A stretch of DNA of 40,336 nucleotides. Source: a virus. Its lineage: Duplodnaviria > Caudoviricetes. Numbering within the stretch: the first letter of the stretch is position 1; each line of letters begins with the position of its first letter. Positions 16,652 to 24,000 of this stretch are shown here, in pieces. The position numbers and the translations under genes were made by a program. The stretch is from IMG/VR virus record IMGVR_UViG_3300048563_000113, positions 1-40,336 of that record. The stretch is one strand, 5' to 3'. The notes below the pieces were generated by a model, which made no database searches, was not told the DNA's origin, and saw nothing but the letters and a program-made list of their open reading frames with translations.

Positions 16652-17704
16652 TTAAGCGGCGTCCTTGATGAGGAAGCCGCTGATGGCCGAGGCCAGCACC
16701 GGCGACAACTCGTCGGTGGTCGGGTAGATCCAGCTCTTGGCGCTGCGATCCTGGTAGGGCGGCTCGACGGCCGGATGGCCGATCAGGCGGTAGGTGTAGC
16801 CGTAACTCGGCATGCCGGCATCGGCCAACGAGCCGAGCTGGGTGAATGCGACTACCACGTCGGCGCCCCAGGCGTCGACCGTGGCGGCGCCGGTGTCGTA
16901 GGCGGCGTCGCCGACGGCGACCTGCTGCACGCCGAAGGCGGCGGCCAGATCTTCCTTGGTGGCCACGCTGCGATTGTTGATGCTGTTGAACCAGGCCAGC
17001 ACCTTGGGATGACGCCGCGCCGCCTTGAAGGCCTTGGGCGACAGCACGATGGTGTTGGGGCGCTGGCCGGTGCTGGCGCGCACCGCCTCGATGGCGTCGT
17101 CCACATCCTGCAGCGGGTCGGAGGTGCCCGAGTAATCGTTCCACTTGTCGGCGCCGGCGAGCGTCACTTTGTGATTGACGTCGTAGTTGGCGGCATTGCG
17201 CGCGATGGTCGCGGCGGCGACTTCACGCGACAGGGCGATGATGTTCTGCACCTTGCCTACGGCGGTTCGCGCCAGGTCGATGCCGGGCACGGCGCTGGCG
17301 TCCTGCTGCAGCTCGAAGGGGACGACGCCTTCGAGGCTGTGCTGCTCAAGCGCATAGTTGTCGCCAGCGTAGCCGAACTGCACGCGCTTGGTGTTGGCGC
17401 CAGGCGCGCGGGCGGTGGCGTAGAGGCGGAAGTCTTCGCGGCCGAAGCTGATGATCTTGCCGCCACGGGAGCCAACGGGCACCACCGGGAACAGGGCGTC
17501 GGCCACCATCATGCCGTTCTTGTAGCCCTGGGCGACGGTGGTCAGCACCGGGTCGACGACGCGGGCCTGGGCGAGGGTCATGTTGCCGACGAGGCCGACT
17601 GCCAGCGCCGATTCGGCGCCGACCAGGCCGAAATGCCAGGCCAGGGCCAGCGCGACGGCGACGGCGAGCATCGTGAGGTTGTGACGGGTTGCGAACTGGT
17701 TCAT
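16652..17704 (-). CDS. Major capsid protein
   Basis: ARVVDPVLTTVAQGY...FGREDF...RAPGANTKRVQFGY; follows the protease and cement genes. Confidence 0.9.
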   Translation of the reverse strand: MNQFATRHNLTMLAVAVALALAWHFGLVGAESALAVGLVGNMTLAQARVVDPVLTTVAQGYKNGMMVADALFPVVPVGSRGGKIISFGREDFRLYATARAPGANTKRVQFGYAGDNYALEQHSLEGVVPFELQQDASAVPGIDLARTAVGKVQNIIALSREVAAATIARNAANYDVNHKVTLAGADKWNDYSGTSDPLQDVDDAIEAVRASTGQRPNTIVLSPKAFKAARRHPKVLAWFNSINNRSVATKEDLAAAFGVQQVAVGDAAYDTGAATVDAWGADVVVAFTQLGSLADAGMPSYGYTYRLIGHPAVEPPYQDRSAKSWIYPTTDELSPVLASAISGFLIKDAA

Positions 17705-17713
17705 GACGGCTCC

Positions 17714-18046
17714 TTAGTTGGGGATCAGCAGGACTTCGATCTTGTCGCCGGCGCCGGCGGCGGCCTGGAGGGCGCGCGCGACGGCGATGCCGGTGGTCTT
17801 GGTGACGGCGCGACCGTCGTTGGTGGTCTCGATCGACGCACCATCGGCGATCGCGGCCGACGCCTCGACCACGGCGGTGCCGACGGCGTCGACCGCCACC
17901 AGGGCGCCGCTGGCGGCGTCGGTGCGGGTGACGCCCAGGGTGTTGGCGCCGGCGCCAGGAACGCCGTTACCGGTGGACACGAAGCGGGCGGCCGTCAGGG
18001 CAGCAGCGGCGGTGCGGGACAAGGTGAGAAGGGAGATGCTCTGCAT
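17714..18046 (-). CDS. Capsid cement/decoration protein (DUF2190-like)
   Basis: ARALQAAAGAGDKIEVLL C-terminus; position. Confidence 0.8.
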   Translation of the reverse strand: MQSISLLTLSRTAAAALTAARFVSTGNGVPGAGANTLGVTRTDAASGALVAVDAVGTAVVEASAAIADGASIETTNDGRAVTKTTGIAVARALQAAAGAGDKIEVLLIPN

Positions 18047-18055
18047 GATGGCTCC

Positions 18056-19153
18056 TTACTTGGTGACCGCACGAACGGCGGCGATGTAGTCGGTGCCCGG
18101 GTGGGCGGCCTGGTAGTCGAGCGCCTTGCGGTGCACGGCCATGCCGTCGCTGTCGACCGCCATGCCGGACGGCGCGGCGAACTCGGCGGTGGCGGCACCG
18201 TCTCCGGCGCGCGCCTTGGTGGCGGCCTCGGCGAACTCGACCTGCACGGGCAGCGCGGCGAGGAACTCCTTGAAGGCCTCGGCGAGCGGCTTCTTGCCAT
18301 CCCCCTCGCCGAACTCGACCGGCGCCTCCGCCAGCGCATCGAGCGCGGCCACGGCCACGTCGCGCTGGGCCGGGGTGAGGCGGCCGGCGGTCACCTGCTC
18401 CTCCGCGAAGGAGGCGTGTCCGGCGTGGCGCGCCGCAGCAGCGGCCGTCTTGTCGCGGGCGGTGGATTCGGCCAGTTGGCTCTTGAGCTGGGCGTTCTCG
18501 GCCTCCAGCGCGGCTTTTTGTTCAGGGGTCACTACGGCCTCCTTGCGGGTTGGTTCGGAGAAAGCGGACATCGGCTGGCTTTCGGCGCGGGCGGCGTCTT
18601 CGAGCGTGCCGATGGAGTAGTCGGGGATGACGGTGTCGGCCTTCTCCAGGCCGAACTGGGCGATAAGGAAATCGCGCATGCGCCGCCACAGACCGGCGTT
18701 CTGCTGCGCGGCCCAGTCGGAAAACTCGACGACGCCTTCCTCGCTCGCGGCGAATTCCGGCGAGCGCAGGCCCTTGACGGCCGGCGGCACGGCGCCAAGG
18801 AAGCCGACGTGGCGCAGGTACCACACGCCGGGCACGGGGTTCTGCGGCGAGGTTGGCGAGAAGAAACTGGCGGAGACTTTTTTGAAGCGACCGGCGGCGA
18901 CCATCTCGGCGAAGGCCGGCTCGACCTGGTGCGGGGCCGCCTCCAGGGCGCCGGCGAAGGCGACCGACTTCACCCAGCCGTAGGCGGGGGCGTCGAGTTT
19001 CGGGTGGCCGACGACGATGGGCGCTTCGTGCTTGGCGGGATCGTAGGCGGCGGCGCAGGCGGAGAGATCGGCTTCGGTGAAGTCGAGCGCGTCGCCCGAC
19101 ATGGCAACGTGCCGGCCGGGCCGGAAAATCTGAATCGGTTTCGGATCGCTCAT
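18056..19153 (-). CDS. Head maturation protease/scaffold (Mu gpI-like)
   Basis: IQIFRPGRH...HEAPIVVGHP...PAYGWV...YLRHVGFLGAVPPAVKGL. Confidence 0.9.
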   Translation of the reverse strand: MSDPKPIQIFRPGRHVAMSGDALDFTEADLSACAAAYDPAKHEAPIVVGHPKLDAPAYGWVKSVAFAGALEAAPHQVEPAFAEMVAAGRFKKVSASFFSPTSPQNPVPGVWYLRHVGFLGAVPPAVKGLRSPEFAASEEGVVEFSDWAAQQNAGLWRRMRDFLIAQFGLEKADTVIPDYSIGTLEDAARAESQPMSAFSEPTRKEAVVTPEQKAALEAENAQLKSQLAESTARDKTAAAAARHAGHASFAEEQVTAGRLTPAQRDVAVAALDALAEAPVEFGEGDGKKPLAEAFKEFLAALPVQVEFAEAATKARAGDGAATAEFAAPSGMAVDSDGMAVHRKALDYQAAHPGTDYIAAVRAVTK

Positions 19154-19161
19154 GGCCCGGC

Positions 19162-19212
19162 ATGCTGCCGGGCGCGCGCGGGATCGGTGAGGGGGAAGGG
19201 GTTCGGGGGTTA
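19162..19212 (-). promoter_or_regulatory. Late promoter (head operon) with Mor/C-type activator box
   Basis: TAACCCCCGAACCCCTTCCCCCT, 22 nt, then CAGCAT; the ATG follows 8 nt later. Confidence 0.7.
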
Positions 19213-19929
19213 GCGGAGAGTGGTCTTGCCGAGCTTGCCGGGAGTGAGCAGTGCGTCTTCCGGCACGTAGGGCATAGCCGCCACGGCCCTCTCGGCAACC
19301 CGGTTCATGGCGGCATTGTAATCGCTCGCGGCCTGGTCGAGCGCGGCGCGCGCCGTCTGCGCTTCGGCGACCAGGTTTTCCGCAACACCCGTCTGGATCG
19401 AGGCGGCACCGGAGGCGCCGAGAGCGGAAACGTAGGCAGCGTCTCCATCGCGGCCGCGGGCGATGCTATCGCGTTCGCGCTCCATGACGCCGACCGAACG
19501 CTGGGCGGCGCCCAGCATGCGGTTGGCGCCGACGGTGGCCGCGTTAAAAACGGCGCGGCGGCGCAACATGTTTTGCACCTCTCGCAGAGCGGTTTCGGTT
19601 GCGTCGAGATAGCCCGCCACCGCGCTCATGCGCGCCGCGTTGCGCGGCGCCCCGGTCATCCGGAGCCGCAGTCTCATCTGGCCCACCTCGGCGGCATGGC
19701 TGGCCGCCTTGGCGATCAAATCGCCCTGGGTAATGCCCTTGTCGTCGGAGAAATAGCCGACCGCATCCGACAATCGTTCGGTCACCTCGCGTGTCACGCT
19801 TTCGGCCAGTTTCGCTTCGGCGCGGTCCTCCAGGTACCAGTTGCCGGCGTAAAGCAGCCCCGCCACGGCAAGCGCGGCGGGAACGAGCCACTTCAGTCGG
19901 GCAAGCCAGTCGTCCACGGGCGGGAACAT
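19210..19929 (-). CDS. Accessory membrane-anchored helical protein (moron)
   Basis: N-terminal TM segment (WLVPAALAVAGLLYAGNWY) then a long Ala-rich helical region; start is 19929 (ATG) or 19917 (GTG). Confidence 0.75.
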   Translation of the reverse strand: MFPPVDDWLARLKWLVPAALAVAGLLYAGNWYLEDRAEAKLAESVTREVTERLSDAVGYFSDDKGITQGDLIAKAASHAAEVGQMRLRLRMTGAPRNAARMSAVAGYLDATETALREVQNMLRRRAVFNAATVGANRMLGAAQRSVGVMERERDSIARGRDGDAAYVSALGASGAASIQTGVAENLVAEAQTARAALDQAASDYNAAMNRVAERAVAAMPYVPEDALLTPGKLGKTTLR

Positions 19930-19976
19930 TACACGCCTAAAGCTCACTTGACAACGCCATGAGGTCCGCGCAGAAT
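19926..19976. promoter_or_regulatory. Overlapping divergent sigma70 promoters
   Basis: + strand TTGACA(19948-53), 17 nt, CAGAAT(19971-76); - strand TTGTCA(19954-49), 17 nt, TAATGT(19931-26). Confidence 0.7.
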
Positions 19977-20031
19977 CGGCGGTACTGAAACCCAAGGCGG
20001 AAGCCGCGCCCGATAGTCACGCGGCGTCTGC

Positions 20032-20058
20032 CGCCCTCGCAAGAGGGCGTTCGTTTTT
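20032..20058 (+). terminator. Leader attenuator/terminator
   Basis: CGCCCTC-GCAA-GAGGGCG followed by TTCGTTTTT. Confidence 0.65.
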
Positions 20059-20059
20059 C

Positions 20060-20140
20060 GGCGCGCCGAGAGCGGGAAATAAAATACCCTTCGGGGGAAT
20101 ACCCGCCGAGCCCCTTGGGGCTCAGTTGAGACGTGCCACC
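20060..20140 (+). ncRNA. C4/CI-type phage antisense RNA
   Basis: Closing stem GGCGCG/CGTGCC; arm GCGGG...CCC-TTCG-GGG...CCCGC; segment CCTTGGG-GC-TCAGT complementary to flanking ACTGAAA(C/A)CCAAGG sites at 19984-19997 and 20148-20161. Confidence 0.7.
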
Positions 20141-20169
20141 CTTCAAAACTGAAAACCAAGGAGATCATC

Positions 20170-20421
20170 ATGGCTACAGTCTCATCCTTTGCCCGCCCGT
20201 CGGGCGACAATACCCGTCTCAACGCCCTCGCCGAAAAGACCACCGCCGCCGCCTCGCGCATCACAAGCCTGGCGCTGGCCGCCAACTGCGTTCTGACCCG
20301 CTCGTCACTCGCCGACGCCGGCGACCGTGAAACCGTGGCGCTGGACCTGATCGAGACCATCAAGACGCTTGCCGGCGACGCGGAGAGTGCTGCTGAAAAA
20401 GCGCTGGAGCCGCAGCCATGA
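20170..20421 (+). CDS. Small helical protein of unknown function (83 aa)
   Basis: AAGGAG RBS overlapping the downstream antisense target site. Confidence 0.75.
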   Translation: MATVSSFARPSGDNTRLNALAEKTTAAASRITSLALAANCVLTRSSLADAGDRETVALDLIETIKTLAGDAESAAEKALEPQP

Positions 20422-20579
20422 GGGCGGCCACCGTGATCCGGATGCTTTCGGGCATCATCGCCCTCCTGCACGCGGCCGTGCTGGCCGCCCCGGCCCCGCG
20501 GGCGACGGCGGCAGTGTTGAGAGCACTGGCCGCCGAAGCGCAGCGCGTGGCGGCGAAACTGGAAAGGAGCATGTCATGA
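20418..20579 (+). CDS. Small hydrophobic protein (53 aa, not in the ORF track)
   Basis: ATGA overlaps at both ends; MRAATVIRMLSGIIALLHAAVLAAPAP... Confidence 0.55.
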   Translation: MRAATVIRMLSGIIALLHAAVLAAPAPRATAAVLRALAAEAQRVAAKLERSMS

Positions 20580-20836
20580 CCGATAAGAAACTGGAGAGAT
20601 TGTCACCGCGCGAAAAGGCTGCGGCTCATCCCAAATCCGTAAAGCTTGCCGTCGCCGCCTATTGCTATCACGTATGCAACGGCGAAGAGTCAGATAACTC
20701 GCACAAGGTAAAAGTACTGGTCAAGGAGTGCGTGCAGGAGAACTGCCCTCTTTGGCCGCACCGATCCTGGCGGAAAATCACCGGCGGAAATGTGGGGAAA
20801 AACCACTGGCGGGCAAAGTCGCCAAATACCCCCTGA
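20576..20836 (+). CDS. Small basic Cys-rich (likely Zn-binding) protein (86 aa)
   Basis: AAGGAG RBS; AVAAYCYHVC...VKECVQENCPLWPHR. Confidence 0.75.
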   Translation: MTDKKLERLSPREKAAAHPKSVKLAVAAYCYHVCNGEESDNSHKVKVLVKECVQENCPLWPHRSWRKITGGNVGKNHWRAKSPNTP

Positions 20837-20956
20837 GCGCATCGCCGCTTACTCGCCGTTAATTCGGCGTTAAAAACTCGCTGGCGCGGCGATCGCAAGG
20901 GTGCGCGCGGGGTAGGCGCTACCAGCCCCCCCCAAACCGCACCAGAGGCCTGTAAT

Positions 20957-20990
20957 GCGGCCAGGCAGAAATGCCCGGCCGCTTCTTTTT
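20957..20990 (+). terminator. Intrinsic terminator closing the + strand moron transcript
   Basis: GCGGCCAGGCA-GAAA-TGCCCGGCCGC-TTCTTTTT. Confidence 0.75.
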
Positions 20991-21511
20991 CAGCCCCCGG
21001 CCAGCCAATCGGCGACCGTTTCGAGGATCTCGGCGCGATCCCCGGCCGAAATGCCGAGGAAGGGCCGGGCCGGGATGGCCCCCCAAGGGGCCTTGCCGAA
21101 CTGGCGGGCGGCCGCACCGAACTGCTGCACGGCGGCCTGGATGCGGTTGGAGCCGATCTGCACGGCGCTGCCGCTCACCTGGTAGACGATCTGGTTGCCG
21201 AGCAGCCTGGTCGAGCCGACGAGAGGCTTTTTCGAGCCAGCCAGGGTCGCGCCCTTTTTCGTCAGGCCGCCACCTTTGCCGCGCGTGCCGGATCTCGCCG
21301 CCAGGTAGCGGGCGAGCGTCACCGGGCTGTTCGGCGCCCAATGGCTGCCGTCGGGCGCGGTGGATGTCACGAAGCGGCTGCGGGTGCTCTCGGCCATGCT
21401 CTCGCCGATGGCCTTGAGCGCCGGGCTGGGGGCGCCGGAGCGCTGGATCAGCTTGGCGAGCGCGGCCTGCAGCTCGGCGTCGTCGATGCGGATGCCGAGC
21501 GGCTCGGTCAT
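20990..21511 (-). CDS. Virion morphogenesis protein (Mu gpG-like)
   Basis: TRSRF...APDGSHWAP...GSNRIQAAVQQFG...IPARPFLGIS; start reassigned to 21511. Confidence 0.9.
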   Translation of the reverse strand: MTEPLGIRIDDAELQAALAKLIQRSGAPSPALKAIGESMAESTRSRFVTSTAPDGSHWAPNSPVTLARYLAARSGTRGKGGGLTKKGATLAGSKKPLVGSTRLLGNQIVYQVSGSAVQIGSNRIQAAVQQFGAAARQFGKAPWGAIPARPFLGISAGDRAEILETVADWLAGG

Positions 21512-22302
21512 CCCGTCACCTTTTTGGAATAAGCGGCGAGCGCCTCGCGGATCTGCGGCGTCAGGTGCACGAGCTTGTCGCGCACGAGATCCGCCAGGCT
21601 GTGGTCGGCGCGATCGCCGGGCATGTAGTCGAAGCCGCGGTCGATGCCGGCGGGCAGGCCGGTCTTCGGATCTTCGCCGTCGTCTGGCGCTTCTTCGGCG
21701 ATGCGGGCGCCGAGGCGCTCGGCCTGGGCGCGGCTCACCGCCACGACGCGGCACTGGCAGCCCCAGCCGTTGGGCGGGTAGTGCTGCCTGAACCATTCGT
21801 GGTCGGCCGGCAGCGTGAGCCTGTTCCAGGAGACGTGCAGCGGGCGCGGATGCAGCACGGAGTCGGAGTGCTTGTACATCCAGTAGGGGCGCAGGCGCTT
21901 GAGATCCGGGTCGCGCAACTGCTTCAGCCGGCCGGCGGCGTAGCTGGTGGCGAGGTTGGTCATGTAGATGGTGCGGGTGCGCCAGGCGCGGCCGGCGTCG
22001 GAGTCCTCGCCGGTCCAGCCGTGCCAGCCGTTGCGCTCGACGATGGCGTCGAAGTCTTCGCGGAAGCGCTCCAGGGTGGTGCCGTCGGCGATGGCCCGGT
22101 CGACGGCACCCTTCATGTCCTGCAGGAGATCGGCTTTCTGCGCGCCGGCGACGATGAAGGCGCGGTCGTGGGCGGCGCGCTGGATGTCGTCCCAGCGCCC
22201 CGAGGGCAGGTTGAGCTTGTTGCGGAAAAAGTCGACCTGCTCGGCGAAGGGCAGCTTGGCGCTGTCGATCGACTGGCCGGCCGGCGTGAGGTCAAGCGGC
22301 AC
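21508..22302 (-). CDS. Minor head protein (Mu gpF/gp30-like)
   Basis: LPFAEQVDFFRNK...AFIVAG...RPLHVSW...YPPNGWGCQCRV. Confidence 0.9.
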   Translation of the reverse strand: MPLDLTPAGQSIDSAKLPFAEQVDFFRNKLNLPSGRWDDIQRAAHDRAFIVAGAQKADLLQDMKGAVDRAIADGTTLERFREDFDAIVERNGWHGWTGEDSDAGRAWRTRTIYMTNLATSYAAGRLKQLRDPDLKRLRPYWMYKHSDSVLHPRPLHVSWNRLTLPADHEWFRQHYPPNGWGCQCRVVAVSRAQAERLGARIAEEAPDDGEDPKTGLPAGIDRGFDYMPGDRADHSLADLVRDKLVHLTPQIREALAAYSKKVTG

Positions 22303-22498
22303 GGATGGCCCTCCTCACGTGTGCCGGCGGGTGGCCGAAGTGGTAGCCGCCGCAGAATTTGCAGCGATAGGCCACCAGCAGGCCCTGCCAGCCGCGCGCC
22401 CGCGTGAGCTGCGAGATGGCGCGGCGGGCATCGGCCTGGGTGCCGTAGCGGTGCTTGCCGGTGCACGCCTTGCGGCGGATGGCGCGCTTGGAGGCCAT
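22292..22498 (-). CDS. Small basic Zn-finger protein (68 aa)
   Basis: CTGKHRY...AYRCKFCGGYHFGH; lies between portal and gpF. Confidence 0.7.
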   Translation of the reverse strand: MASKRAIRRKACTGKHRYGTQADARRAISQLTRARGWQGLLVAYRCKFCGGYHFGHPPAHVRRAIRAA

Positions 22499-22499
22499 C

Positions 22500-23999
22500 T
22501 CACGCGGCCGACTCGTCCTTGACGTCGGCCACGCCGGCCAGCTCGGCGGCGGTGAAGGCGAGCTGCATGACACGCGTAAGCTCGGCGGTGTCGAGGTCGG
22601 CGAAGGCGGCCTGGATGGCGTCGGCCAGCTCGCGCAGGCTTTTGGCCTCATGCACCATGCCGCGCACCTGGTCGAGCACGGCGTCCCAGGCCGGCGCGGC
22701 GGCGCGGCCGAGGGTGTCGGCGGCGCGGTCGGTGTAGGTGGCGGGCGGCGTCTCGGCGAAAGAGGCCGGAGAAATCCCCCCTGCCCCCCCTTTGTCAAAG
22801 GGGGGAGGTGAAGCCTCCGGCCGCAGGTCGCCTTCCTGGTAGTCGTAGGCGCGCAGCCAGTAGCTGTTCGTAAACTTCGCGCCCGAATCCGACACGGACT
22901 TGTCGCGGTCGGCGCGCAGCTTGTCGAGCGCGCGCTGGTCCCACATCTCCCACACGGGGGCGTCGGCGCCGCCCCAGTTGATCTCGACCGTCCAGCGGAT
23001 GAGCTGGTTGATGGCGGCGGCGACGATGCCGGCGTCGCCGTCGCGGATGTCCTCGGCCACTTCGAGGCCGGAGGCGCTCGATGCGCGGTTGGCGTCGGCT
23101 TCCACCGTCTGGTTGGTGCCGGTCAACGCGATGCTGACTTCGCTGCGGCAGTACATGACCAGGTCTTTGTAGAGATCGGCGCTGGCCGACTTGCCGGCGG
23201 CCTCGATGATGTCGACGCTGCCGTCGTCGGGGATGACGGCGACGGCGTCCTGGATCATGGCGTCTAGGCGGTCGGCGAGCGCATCCATCTCGCCCTGCGG
23301 CGTGCCGCGCGGCACCTTGCCGATCGCCCAGGGCGTGCCGTACTTCTCGGCGAAGCCGATCCAGAACTTGACGCCGCCCTTCTTGAAGACCAGCGGCCAG
23401 AAACACATCGAGAGATCGGGGAAGCCGTAGGGGTTGGCGTAGGTGGGCTCCTGGCGCGGCAGCAGGAACTTCTTCGGCGGCACCTCCTCGCCCTCCATCG
23501 GCTTCGCGCGCGTCTTGAAGCGCAGGCGGTTTTCGGTGTCGAAGCAGAACCACTCGGGCGGCTTGGATTCGACATTGACCGGCATCACCAGGCGGCCGAC
23601 GCGCGCCCAGGTGATCTCCATCGGCTGGTAGCCGTAGAGGACGGCCTCCATGATCTCGCCGACGATGCGGTCGAGATCGAGAGCCGCCAGCATGGCCTCG
23701 ATGTCGCGGGCAAGGCGGCTTTTCGATTTGGCGCGATCGAGCCCGCGCTCCAGCGCCTTGACGGCGCTCTTCCTGCGGCGCACACAGCCGCCGACGTGGG
23801 CGTCGGAGCGGAGATCCCGATAGACGCGGATGTCCTCGCCGCGCGCCTTGAGGATCGGGTCGGGGTTCGGCAGCACCAGGCCGAGGCCCATGTAGTCGAT
23901 GGAGCGGTCGCGCGTGGCGATCTGGTCGGTGAGCTTCACGCGCGGCGAGGCGAAGTTGATGAACTGGCGGTCGTTGATCCAGATGCCTTTGGCGGTCAT
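22500..23999 (-). CDS. Portal protein (Mu gp29, DUF935)
   Basis: PNPDPILK...DAHVGGC...AVLYGY...FAEKYGTP; follows the terminase. Confidence 0.92.
   Translation of the reverse strand: MTAKGIWINDRQFINFASPRVKLTDQIATRDRSIDYMGLGLVLPNPDPILKARGEDIRVYRDLRSDAHVGGCVRRRKSAVKALERGLDRAKSKSRLARDIEAMLAALDLDRIVGEIMEAVLYGYQPMEITWARVGRLVMPVNVESKPPEWFCFDTENRLRFKTRAKPMEGEEVPPKKFLLPRQEPTYANPYGFPDLSMCFWPLVFKKGGVKFWIGFAEKYGTPWAIGKVPRGTPQGEMDALADRLDAMIQDAVAVIPDDGSVDIIEAAGKSASADLYKDLVMYCRSEVSIALTGTNQTVEADANRASSASGLEVAEDIRDGDAGIVAAAINQLIRWTVEINWGGADAPVWEMWDQRALDKLRADRDKSVSDSGAKFTNSYWLRAYDYQEGDLRPEASPPPFDKGGAGGISPASFAETPPATYTDRAADTLGRAAAPAWDAVLDQVRGMVHEAKSLRELADAIQAAFADLDTAELTRVMQLAFTAAELAGVADVKDESAA
22772..22807. repeat. 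In-frame palindromic repeat, copy 1 (portal)
   Basis: AAATCCCCCCTGCCCCCCCTTTGTCAAAGGGGGGAG; resembles the reverse complement of 28346-28382. Confidence 0.65.
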
Positions 24000-24000
24000 G

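Noticed and set aside
16565-19213. Long + strand ORFs (882 aa here, 756 aa at 35816-38086, 508 aa at 4854-6380 and others)
   Set aside because: Antisense shadows of high-GC genes with no recognisable motifs.
19210-19929. i-spanin assignment for the TM plus helical protein
   Set aside because: Far from the lysis genes, has its own sigma70-like promoter and no nested or adjacent lipoprotein gene; not fully excluded.
20060-20140. Phage-encoded tRNA
   Set aside because: No D-loop, TTCG T-loop in the right position or anticodon arm; fits a C4/CI-type RNA better.
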